A DNA stretch of 64,000 bases from assembly GCF_009834535.1 (NCBI RefSeq), contig NC_045707.1:55244001-55308000 (forward strand), written 5' to 3'. The translations under genes and the position numbers were made by a program. The notes under the pieces are model-generated. The model was not told the DNA's origin and ran no database searches. It saw only the letters and a list, made by a program, of their open reading frames with translations. Positions within the stretch are counted from its first letter, which is position 1; each line of letters begins with the position of its first letter. This DNA is from Camelus ferus (lineage: Eukaryota). Of the stretch, positions 13,045 through 25,000 are shown piece by piece.

Positions 13045-13205
13045 TATCTGCTTATTTACTTATTGTTTACCTCTTCCCACTGGAATATAATCTTCATAAG
13101 GGAAAAATGTTTTTTTCCTGTTGTTTTCACTCTTAAAACCTAGAGCCTATTAGAGAGACTACATTCAAGCACAAAGGATGCTCAATGAATATGTGTTGAT
13201 AAGAA
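13045..13205 (+). mobile_element. L2a terminal 3' end, part 2
   Basis: ttattgtttacctcttcccactggaatataatcttcataaggg...tgctcaatgaatatgtgttga. Confidence 0.7.
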
Positions 13206-15579
13206 AATGCTATCAAAAAAGCCTCCTCCAAACCTCTCACCACGTGTGTACAAAAGCACCTGTTTACTTAGTGCTCAATTATGCATCATGGTGGTTCCAC
13301 CAGCTACCATGTTCTTAAGGAATACAAAATCAATGATAAAATTAACTGACATATAATCAACTGAGAAGGGAAATCTACTGGGAGAAAAATACAAAGTGAC
13401 ATTTTCAAAGCCAAGTCAGGTAATTTGTTTCAGCACTGTTGTTTGCGATTAATTTTCTGTAACTTTTATTTGCACAGACAATTAAATCTGTGAATTTAAT
13501 TGTTTTCCTTAAGATAGAACTAAAGAAAATGAGTTGCTTCTGTAAACTAAAATTGATGTTTATGTGATGTTAAAATATTGCATAGTTTTAAAGGATTTTA
13601 TAAAATCTGTCAATAGATATTTTACTTCTATTAGAACAATTTTAAGATTAAATTATTCTCTATAAATATTGAAATATATGAATTTTTATTAAAAATATAC
13701 ATATATATAAATATATAGTCACTTCATAAAATACCCCTGGCATAGGGGAAAAAATTGGGGGAAAGAAAAAATGAATTTCTAATTTAAAATTTCTAATGCT
13801 TTATTCCATGGTTACTCAGGTCAAAAATAAGTACTAGATAGATAAAACTGAAGAAAATAGTTTCAGTTGGTAGTTGTATATCAAAGTAGCCATTGATTTG
13901 CCTTTTTAATTGAGGTGAGACAGTTAATATCATATTAGCAGATGGACATTCAAAGGTTAAACTTTACTCACTAGGGAAGCATATGAAAACTGGGCTGCAT
14001 ATTTGATAAAATCCAATGTCTGACTTGACTCTCAGTTTTTTTGAATTTTTCAGTCAAAAAATATATTTAGTAATTTTAATTTTTAAAATAATAGCAATCA
14101 ATTCTATACATTCTGGTAAACTCAGGAGTTCACCAAAAAGGTACCTTTACATAAATTTCTTCAAACTTAATGCTGAAATTAGAGGTAAAGATAATCACAC
14201 ATTGCTACGTTTGAGTTACCATAGTACAAGACTATTATCTCCTATTTTCAGGTCAGTTTTAGGATAGTACCATTTTTAAAATAGAATTATAATTAATGAC
14301 AAAGTAGCTTGGTTAGACTAACTCTCATAAATAATAAAATCTTTCTGAAAAACTGTGAAAATTAATAGTTATTTGAAGACAGTACAGTGTAACTGAAAGA
14401 AGGCAGAAACCAAGAGGATATTAAAAATATGAAGGGTTTAAGTTATACTGATTCTGTTTCTTATTCTTTTATTGAAATTAGAAATAATATAAATTTCATG
14501 TTAGTATGAATTTAGTTACAGAGAAGTTGGTCATCTCAAAAAACAGTTGATTTTACCTTGTTTTAATTTTATTATGTACTATAAATTTCACAAAAGTTAA
14601 TGTAGTTTTTTTAAGAATCCATTTCCTAAAACATGAGTTATTATGCCACTTATGAAAGGAAACAAAAGAAAGAATTCAGTAAATGCTAATTTAGACAAGT
14701 GAGGAATGTCAATTTAGTTTAGAACAATAATAATTCCTCAGCTTCTAAATTGTTAACATTCATGGACTTTGCTTCCTGGGGTTTCATATTCAATGATCTT
14801 CCAATATATTGCTCAAAAGAGACATGAATCTCAGGAAATTGTTTTCATAATTAATCATAAATTGTACTTGCTACTCTAAAGGCAGTGATCTGTAAAAATT
14901 TAATTAAGAAATGAATAGTGCCAAGTCTCAATCCTGATTCAATGGTTCTTTGATTCATTTGTTCTATTGTATTTATTTAAATAAATGTCTTGGTGATAAA
15001 ATAGAAAAATATCATAGTGGCCGCCTCAAAGATTTAACTCTTTCTTATTCCCTTTAGAATTACCTACTGAGAAGTTGTTAATATCATGTAATTGTCAAGA
15101 TCTCACATAACTAAACCCAAGCCTTACCAACATCTCAGTATGGAAAAGAGGTTATCATACTACACTAGAAAACAATCATACCACTGCCACTTAACTGTAG
15201 TTTTTTGAAGTTCAAAACTATGTCTCAAACTTAGTTTATTGCTGATAAACTTAGCACAGAGCTCCACTCATAGTTAAGATTTGAGAAATTAATAATGAAT
15301 TAATGAACTATGAGTACGAGGTTGACCCAGTGATCTTTGTACAATGATAGTTACTGGAACATCTACCACAAAATACACATAAGCATGAGTGCTGGGACTA
15401 TAGAAATGAATGATATATTTGACTAACTCAGAGGTAATGGGAAATATAAAGATTTGCCTCTCCCCCGACCTTCTGTTCAATGATTAACCGTACAGTTCCG
15501 ACTGCTCAATTTCTTTTTATCTTTTAGAGTTGTCCGTGAAAGTTCACATGATGAGGAAGTTCAGGGTGTAATGAAGCAA

Positions 15580-16125
15580 GTTGTCACAGGCTATCTTAGA
15601 AAGTGTGAGGGAATGTGACCTTCAGAAAGTGACATCTATGCTGAGATATAAAGATTGACTCTAGTTTTAAATACATCACATAGAGTGAGGAGGGCATTGT
15701 TAAAATGCTCAAGACAGAGGGAAATGAAGACGTGAAAAAGAAAGTGAATCATATGTTATGATAATTGAAAAACATTGAAGGGTGCTAGAACATAAAGGGA
15801 GGAGTCCTAAGAGATAAGACAGAATGAAATCAAGGCAACAGTTATACAATTAGTGTTTTGTACTTTAGCTTAAGATCACTGGGAAGTCACTATAAGTTAT
15901 TAAGCAAAGAATGGCAGGAACAAACTCAGATTTGCATTTTCAAATGAGTGATCAATATGAATAAAATTGAGGTTGGTGAGACTAGAGGCTAAGAGACCAG
16001 TTAGAAGACAATTGTATTGATCCAGACAGGAAGAAGTGGCCTTCTGAGTGGTGTTAGTAGGGAAGGAAGAAGGAAGAAATTCAATAAGAGAAGGTATTTA
16101 GAGGGAAAACTTGACAGCATTTTAT
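15580..16125 (-). mobile_element. L2 LINE fragment
   Basis: Antisense L2 motifs aaagtgacatctatgctgaga, tgggaagtcact...ttaagca, cagatttgcatttt, gagaccagttagaagacaattg. Confidence 0.65.
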
Positions 16126-17026
16126 TTTTTGATGCCAGAAACAAATCAAACAATTTTAAAGATCAGAGAGTTATCACTCAAACTCACCTTATCTGAGAAG
16201 ATGTTTGAAGTTGTTTACAAAAATATATACAAATGTTAACATAACTACAGCAATTAAGAGAGATAATTTCACAGTGTGGGCCAAGATATACCTTTGTTAA
16301 GTAGCTGAAGTATTTTTTTTCCATAAATAAGTCAATTAATAAATTTGTGTTTGTGTATTAGTCAGCTATCAATAGCTAAGCATTGTGGTAATTCACAATG
16401 GATTCTTGCTCAAAAGTAGATGATTGTAAAATTAAATGATTAAGATAAGATCCATGACAATTTGAGGTAAAAATATAAGAAAATGAATGATAGATATTTT
16501 CACTAAATAGACATTTATTGAGTGCCTGTAAGATTCAATACATTACAGGATCTGGACTATAAAAATAAAAGTTATGACAATATATGTATTTTAGTGAAAG
16601 TATATACATATAAATTGAAGAAAATCAATTTTGCCATCTATATCTGAAATTAGATAGTAACACCCGATTAATGTAATTCAGAAGAAGAAATAAGCTTAAA
16701 GTTTTGAATAATAGCATTGTACCTTCAAACTTTGTCATATCCCTTGTCCAATTGATTGAAATTTTTTTAATATCCTAAATTTAAGTGGTCAAATGTGTCC
16801 GCATTCATATTTAGAATTCTTCTGGTTGGACAATCATTGAGTAAAATTATTGCTCAAGCTGAAATAATTAATTTCATCAAACTCACTGTTAGACTGATCT
16901 GAAATGAAAATATAAACATTTACTTTTTAAGTCTAGGGATTTATGACTTAACATAATAGCTGAGGAATTATATATCTGAAAATTAATATATTTTTAAAAC
17001 TTAATCAAAAATTTTGAAAAAAATCT

Positions 17027-17197
17027 GTCTTAGTCTGGGTTACTCTAGAACCCAGATTGCTAGACAAAGACTTAAATGCAAGTAGTTGATTTAGGAGGTA
17101 ATGGAAAAACTTTTTGAGAACTTAGAATTAAGTCAAGGAAGGGAAAGCAACAAGTAATGACAGCAAAATGGTTGCATTATCAAAACAGTTACCACTA
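17027..17197 (-). mobile_element. Old ERVL-class LTR end fragment
   Basis: tgtcttagtctgggttactctagaa...aaatgcaagtagttgatttaggaggt...gcattatcaaaacagttaccact. Confidence 0.5.
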
Positions 17198-17199
17198 CA

Positions 17200-18340
17200 T
17201 TAAGTGCTTAAATGTTTAAAAAAGAAAACAATAAAACACTTAGAAAAAAATTTAAGAGTATATATATGGTACCTAGGATTTGAGAAGATAACTTTAAGTC
17301 TGAAATCCTATAAGCTGTAATAGAAAAGGCATCCTTATGAATATATAAACAAAATTTTAAGTTATGTAGTAAAAGATGCTAAATCAAAAGAAAATATATG
17401 GAATATCTTGTAATAAACTTTAATGAAAAAGAATATGAAAATGAATATATATGCATGTATATGCATGACTGGGACATTGTACTGTACACCAGAAATTGAC
17501 ACATTGTAACTGACTGTGCTTCAATTAAAAAAAAAAAAAGAAAAAGAAATAAGAAAGTTTTCACTACAAGTGGTGGATAATGTATTAATACCTATGTTAC
17601 TCAAAAGTATCTGTATACTGAAACTATAAAATAGCCTGATAGAAAATTGTACAAATTAACAATTCAGAGAGCTACTTTCAATAAGTATACCAGATGATGT
17701 TGAATCACTCTGTAAGTAGGGGACAAACTGATTTAAGAAAAAATTAAAGTAATAATGAAAGCTGACTTATTACCAGTAAAAAAAGAAACGCCAATAGCTA
17801 ATAATACTGATGGCTGGCATTAATAAGTGGAAAGATGAACTTTCATATATTACTCATAGAAATTTGAATCATCTCAACTGAAACAATTTGGCAGTATCAA
17901 TTATAGTCAATTATAGCTAAAATAAGTACCTTCTTTATTTCAGTGCTCCCGTTCATGAGCATCTATCTTATAAAAAATAAAAGCACCAATATGCACAAAA
18001 ATGTAAAACATTTGTTGTAGAATTGTTTGTTGAAAACAAAAATTATAAACAACGTGAATGCCCATCAACGGGGGAAGGGTTGAAAAAAGACTGTCCATTA
18101 TTGAGTGAAATGGAATAGTTCCCTCTTAAAATACTTATATCTATGCCATTGACTTGAAGATATTTTAATGAGGTAATTTTAAAGTTAGGCAAAATGTTGC
18201 TTGAGCAACATATGATATATTGCTGTTGCAAAACAATCACACTAAATCTGATTTTGTGTTTATGTGTGTGACAGTTTTTGTGCATGATTATATATAGAAA
18301 TGTGCAGAAGGAAACCCACTTACTTGTTTCCTGTGGGTGG
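17200..18340 (+). mobile_element. Old L1ME-type ORF2 end / 3'UTR, interrupted by a young L1 tail
   Basis: aaacaatttggcagtatc, aaacaacgtgaatgcccatcaacgggggaagggttgaa. Confidence 0.6.
17402..17540 (+). mobile_element. Young lineage-specific (camelid-type) L1 3' tail with poly(A)
   Basis: aaagaatatgaaaatgaatat...ctgtacaccagaaattgacacattgtaactgactgtgcttcaatt followed by an A run. Confidence 0.85.
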
Positions 18341-18504
18341 GAATCAATTAGGTTAAGAAAGCAAATAAAAATGACTTTAAAAATTTGTCTATTATGAAAA
18401 TAGCACAAATGGTCTCCTACAAAGATATGTGTTGAATATGGACGTAGAAAATCAGAACAATACACTAAATAACAAACTTTACTTGTATTTAAGTAGTTTG
18501 GGGT

Positions 18505-18602
18505 TTTTTTGTTTTTTTTTTTTACTTTTTTTAATTGAAGTATAGTCAGTTTACAATGTTGTGTCAATTTCTGGTGTACAGCATAATGCTTCAATCAAAC
18601 AT
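18505..18602 (-). mobile_element. Young camelid-type L1 3' tail, about 100 bp
   Basis: T-rich run then aattgaagtatagtcagtttacaatgttgtgtcaatttctggtgtacagcataatg, the antisense of the same tail. Confidence 0.85.
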
Positions 18603-18614
18603 GTAGGTTTTTCT

Positions 18615-18915
18615 TATTGTTTTGCACTAATGTTCTTTTTTTCAGGGCCTAATCAGGAACATATGTTGCATTTGGTCCTCATGTCTCCTAAGTTTCCTGC
18701 AATTTGTGACAGACAACTCTCAGTCTTTCCTTATATTTAAAGACATTCACATTTTTGAGAAGTACTGGCCCCTCATCTTTGCAGAACATCCCTAAATTTG
18801 GATTGTCTGATATTTTCTAATAACTGAATTGTAGTTACACATTTTGGGCAAGGATACCCAGAGGTGATATGCCCTTTTAGTGTATCATATTGGGGGTGCC
18901 TGCTGTCAATATGAC
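18615..18915 (-). mobile_element. L1MC4/L1MC5-like 3'UTR fragment
   Basis: gttgcatttggtcctcatgtctcc, tttttgagaagtactggcc, cattttgggcaaggatacccagaggtgat. Confidence 0.7.
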
Positions 18916-20784
18916 TTTTGAGAAGCTGGATTTTAAAACATATTTTATTACTTAAAATGTTTCATATATATTTTTTATAACAAACATGAACAAGTTACAT
19001 AGTTAAAGAAAACAGGAGACAATAAATGAAAGTTTGGAGATGGTGCAGTAATTAAGTTACTAACCTTGTTTATAGCCCTAGATACTGAATAGGTTCCTAG
19101 TTTTGTGATTTTTTTCTTTTTTAATTTCTGTATATGAATACCCATCTGAATAGTGTTTATTCAGAATAGAATAGTATTTATTAAAAATAAATAGAGGCAT
19201 TACAAAAAGAAAAGGATCCCCATCATTGTTAAGCCTTCCAAATCAGTGAAATAAAATTTCTATCCACATCCATACAAAGAAAAGTAGTGATTTAAAAAAA
19301 AAAAAAAAAAAGCCCACAGTGCAATGATCTTTGTGTTCACAATAGCAAGGCCGTCATTCTGATGCTCTATTTATTGGGGTCAATAAGAAGGCACCATTTT
19401 TACTTGTATTTTATAGTGTAATTATGAAGGATTTTTGGAAACTCTATCCAAAAAAATTTATAAATCCTAAGTATTCTTTTTAAAAGAAACTGACTAGTCT
19501 TTAGTGACCAACCTGGCACTCTTTCTTGATTTCAGATGAAACAAAATAGGCTGTCTTCCAATTCATTAAAAGTATCTGAAGCTAGCCAACTTTTTCCACT
19601 ATTAAATGTGTTATAGTTCTCAATTGTACGTCAAAGCTATATTGTATAAATATTACAGTAATCAACTGTGAAGGTCCCAGATGCATTGTGGAAGAGAAAG
19701 GGAAGCCTTTTATCAAAAGCCAGTTCCTACTTCCTGAACAATGATACAGTTTCTTCAGTTTCTCTCCAGAGACTTAAATTTAGTTAGTATTCATGGAATG
19801 GGAAAATGAAATTTTACAGTACACTTGCAAGCACACCACACACACTGTATGCACTCAAACTTTTCAATGACCTTATGCGTGTTTTTCTTTTGTAGATGTT
19901 TGTTTTAATGATTTATTGAGACATATGTTTGTGTTAGATAGTGTGTTTATTAGACAACAATTATCAGTGCACTTCAAGGAAGGAGGGCTTTACTTCTATT
20001 TTTTCTTTGTAAAAGGATTCTACCTTCTGCTGATCATCTGAAATATAACATGAAGTTAGTATAATGACCAGATGTTATGCTCATCTAACCAGACCATCTC
20101 TAGCCTGCCGCTCAAATTACTACAAATCATTTCTCAAGCAACAAGAAAATTTACACTGTTCATGTTGTCACATTAACTTCAGTTATTTAATGTGGAAGCT
20201 TAGGGCAATATCTTGAAAAAATTAGATTTGTTACTACCATGTTAACAAGAAAACTCACACCATCACTTTACCATTATAATACTTTGTAGCAATCTGAAAT
20301 ATACTTTTCTACATTAAATATGTTTGCTTGGTTTCAGGCCTTGGTACACAACATATTTGTTTTCTAAGTGTTCATTTGGAAATATTTAATGCTCTCCTAC
20401 AGTGTATTAGAGATATAATTATATCAAAAACATGCTCCCTGCCCTAGAAAATTTCGCTTTATCAATTTGTATGTATAATAACATTGGAAGAGATACTTTT
20501 TCCTCTTGGCTCTTTTTAGCATCAAATCTACCTTTTCATATTAATGATTCATATTAATGTATTAATGTGCATGTGTGTATATTTGGGGGTCCTAGGAAGA
20601 ACATTTTTATTTTGTTTCCAGGCAGGCTTTGCTTCTGGATATAGAACATTAGGTCCAAGTGTAAGGTGAAAAGTTTTCCTATCAGTCTTTCCACCTGAGA
20701 GAGGCCCTGAGGTTGCTCTGTTCTTTCCCTGCTATACCATCAAAGCCGGAAGTTCACATTTGGTGGATAGGTAAATGCCCATGC

Positions 20785-21045
20785 CTTCAGTCAGGTTCCT
20801 TAGGTAAAGGACTCAGAGGCAGAATTTTCTTTTGTGGCTTTATAGTGGAGTGCTCTTGGGAGTACTATAGGTAAAAATACTAGGGAAGCAAGACATTACC
20901 TGCTACCTTAAGAAGCTCTGAAGCTGCAACAGCAAAATGTTGACAGAAGAACCAGGGCCTGTGATCGTTTCCATGGATCAGTCATTAGATTAGAGTTGTA
21001 CCCAGGGAAGGTATCATAATGAGCAAGACAGCTGCTGGGAACAAG
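20785..21045 (-). mobile_element. Old ERVL-class LTR fragment
   Basis: caggttccttagg...gactcagaggcaga...ggagtgctcttggga...agctctgaagctg...atcagtcattaga. Confidence 0.45.
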
Positions 21046-21539
21046 TAGCCTAGATCATGTATGTGTATTTAGTATATGTACATGTATGATTATATATGTG
21101 CATATGTATATGTATTTTTCTATGATGAATATTTGATTTAAGTGGCTATACACACAAAAATACTAATAGAAGCAAACATAAGAAAGAACATATATATCCA
21201 TGTATGTAGGACCTTTTTGAAGAGATATTTCAAGTAAAACTGCTCTTGAATAAATATTATTAAGATGCTAGTTTACCACAAATCCCTGTATAAATTTAAA
21301 GGTAATTCTTATTCAAATTATAACATAGTTTGAAATGACATTAAAGAATAGCTAAAATTAATCTTAAAAGTAGGGAGTCTAAATTTAGGGGTTTTATAAA
21401 ATTTAAAGAATACTTTCAGTTTGTGCTACATGGAGAAATATAAATTAAAAGGAAATAAAATGAATCCTTTTAAAAAGTTTATTGAATTGTCTGAGGAAAC
21501 AATTTCTATAACACTTAAAAATAGATTATATAATCTTAT

Positions 21540-22080
21540 TAAATAGAAGAGGGAAATCAGTGAGGATACTGAAGACTGGAACAACATTATGAACTAACTT
21601 GGCCTAATTAACATTTATAGAACATGCCATCCAATAATAGAATACACATAACTTTCAAGGACACCCAGAGCGGTAAGTAAAATAAACACTATTATGAATG
21701 ATAAAACACCTTCAATAAATTTAAGAGAATGAATATTATATGAAGTATGTTCTCTGACCAGCAGAAAATTAAATTGGAACTCAATAATAGAAATATATCT
21801 GCAAAAATCTTCAAATATTTGGAAATTTACCCATAGATCAAAGAGAAAATCACAGAAGATATTAGAAAATGTTTTGATCTGAATGAAAATAAAAAATATC
21901 ACATATCAAAATTTGTGGGTATGACCAAAGCAGTGCTTAGAAGTTTATAGCCTTAAATGTCTGCATTTGAAAAGAAGAAAGATTTCAAATCAGTTATCTC
22001 AGCTTCCATCTTAGGAACTAGAAAAAGAAGAGAAAATTAAACCCAAAATAAGTGGAAGAAAAATAAATTAATTGATAAGA
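21540..22080 (+). mobile_element. L1 ORF2 endonuclease/linker fragment, decayed
   Basis: acatttatagaacatgccatccaa (DIYRT.HP), gtatgttctctgaccagcagaaaattaaattggaactcaataa (SDH..IKLE), aaagcagtgcttagaag. Confidence 0.85.
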
Positions 22081-25000
22081 GCTATTTTTACTGAACACTT
22101 AAAATAGCTCACGATCCAAAGCACAAGGCCTGGTTGTTCTAACTTTGGTCTTGTATCTTTGGAGAAAACAAGGCACCTTGTTTATTAGTCACACCATAAA
22201 TGAAGACAACTGCAAAGTATCCAGTCCTCTAAACAAAGCTACAACACCATTAGCACAAGAAAGAAAAATGAAAGCATCATTAGCAAAATAACAAATGATC
22301 ACCATTTTCTTATAAAATGAACATTCTTCCCCTCCAGTGAGACTACTCAAAGCCATGCTTACAAATAGGTCATAGAGATGCAAATTATTAAAATTATTCT
22401 GGAAGGTTTTCTAAGAAAATAAAGTATATATCTATTATCTTGATTGGGTATCTGTCATAAAGAATTAATCTGAAACTTCAGCAAAAATTTATTGACAAAG
22501 AGTAAGAGTACACTCTTTGTTAAAATTTTATTTCAGGTTTTAATCTCAGATCCATAACTTGCAAGACCATAGGACATTGACAAGCCCTGGTTCTATCTAC
22601 ACAATAAGAATAAGTGCACTCATGTTATGGGGTAACCACGAGGAGAGTGAGCTGTCAGTAAGTGGAAGCCATTTATAGTAAACATGTTCACTATATCCTT
22701 ATTTATATTAGTAAAAAATGAAAAAATAAATTTGGTTAAACAAATTATAATGTATTAATCAAACAGGATAAAATATAATCCTAAACATTAAAAAAAGAAA
22801 CAAAACAGAAGATTTTAAATAGTCATTCCATGGGAACATGTGTGTATGTTGTTAAGCAAAAGAAAATATACTAAATGTTTGTAACTGCCTCTGAGTTTTA
22901 ATATTGTGAGGATTTGGGGATTTTTTTTTTTCTCTATACTTTTCTGTGCTATTTTAACTGAAGTGGTACATTTCATTTTATCAAATAAAAAAGTGTATTG
23001 GTTTCTTTCCATTGACAAAAATAACTGTGAAAAAGAAAAAAGAGACTTGCTGTCACCACTATACAACTAGACATGGATAGTAGAATGGACAAATGAAGGC
23101 AGTATGCCAGTTTGCCTTTATTACAGGATAAAATATTTATAACTTTTTAACAGTATTATTTTATTAAATGGGAAACTATGAAAATCATCTTGTTAAAATT
23201 TTATATAATACCTCCTAAAATGTTGCATTTAAAAACTGCAATACATGAATTTGGATTTATCAATCTTGAACATTTGTTCTACCTGAACTACTAATAATTG
23301 ATATAATTAAGCAGTATTATCTACAAGTTATTATATTATTATAGACTTTTTTAAATTAAAAACTTCTTATTTTATAAGAAACTTCAAATATATCAGTTAT
23401 TAATTTCACTCTCAAGATTTACTATAAATTCTGGAAAGAATGTTGTTTACCCCATAACTAAATCTGTTGATGGAGTTTTATCATGCTGGTAAAATAAAAT
23501 CACAAGTCTTAAATCATATGAATAAATGAAGATAGACTATATATTACATAAAAATAAGTTTTTAAAAAAAATTAACCACATACTTAACTATTGGAAGATG
23601 AATATTATAAATGAAGAACCACACCCAGTAAATCATCTAACAGTCTTGATAGTACCAATTTCAACATTTTTCTCAGCTTATTTTAATAATGAGCAGATTT
23701 GGATGGAGGTACATTTTAAACTACTTCACATCAGTATGAGAAAAAGAAAACATTATAATTACAAGCTATAGAAATTAAGTTCTTGATAGAAATAATGACC
23801 CAGTGAAGTTTTTTTTTTTTTTACAATGGGCAAAAATTTTATTACTGTTAATCTGATCCATATTTTATCAAATATTTATCACAAATTGGATATAGTAGGT
23901 AGCAGTTGAGAACACAGCATCTTGACAGTCATTTATTCTAGTGAACCTCATGAAAATTTAAACACATATGATTCAAGTTGCATTCAGCCTTGGAATTTTC
24001 TTATGCACAGTAATTGTTCATTAATAGTTCCAAGGTTTAGTAGATAAAACAGAAAGAATTGGGTAATTTTAATCCCAATTCTACTTATCCAATATATCAA
24101 TTTATGTTGTTGCTGTTATGGAATCCCTTGAGAATCTATAATTTTAAAAATCATATTCCTAGAAAGTGAACAAACACTTAAAATATTTAAGATACATAGC
24201 ACATTACCTAAATTTTCAAGAGGTCTTGATTCCACTTTGAACTAGTTACTATTTTTTTAAATTTAATGTGTGTATGAAAATAAAATATGCACTATAATTA
24301 TCTAAATACATTTAGAAACAATTTAATCAAAATGTTTAAGTTAATACTTAGACTGTCAACCTCTTTCAAAAACTATTATGACAAAGAAGGTTTATCATTG
24401 AATTATTTACTGTATGTTTTAAAGTTAGTTGAGTAGTGGGGAAAGACATCAAATAACCCTGGAGGGTTAAATAAGCACTTACTTCTAATTGCTCTCATAA
24501 CTTCATTAAAAAGGCAGTGAAGGAAATTTTTAAAAAAAACATGTTAACTAAGAAATGGTAGAAAAGGTAATAGCAGAGATTACAACAAAATTGAGAGAGA
24601 GAAACAGAGATGGAGTAGTGACCGTTGACTTAGCTTAGGAATCTGGAATCTAAGGGTCTACAGCAGGACAAAGTTAGCAAGAGGCAAGTACATTTATGAC
24701 TCATCTCCAGGAAGGATGAATAACTGACTCAACAAGAACTCTTAAGAGGATGGAGAGAATATGGAATCAAAACTGAAAGAGATTGAAAATTTCTGTAAGG
24801 AACAGTTAAGAATCTCATCTCTCTTCCATTAGCCCCTGCAGCAAGGAAAACTTTCATCTGAACTCTGTGGATGAAAAGAAGGTTCAACTCTGGAGATGAA
24901 TATAGACTCATTCAATAAAATAACATTACCAGAATACCAATTCACCTTTTTGAGTCACTGCATGGCCAGTTCCTCTACAGTCAATTCATGGAAAACCAAT

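Noticed and set aside
13467..13492. 10-bp inverted repeat acaattaaat/atttaattgt, and similar short direct repeats (17898, 20537, 32646, 46930)
   Set aside because: Expected by chance or slippage in AT-rich DNA.
18043..18594. Longest ORF (183 aa, minus strand)
   Set aside because: It starts in a young L1 tail (TTG start), runs through its A tail and antisense L1ME, and has low-information composition.
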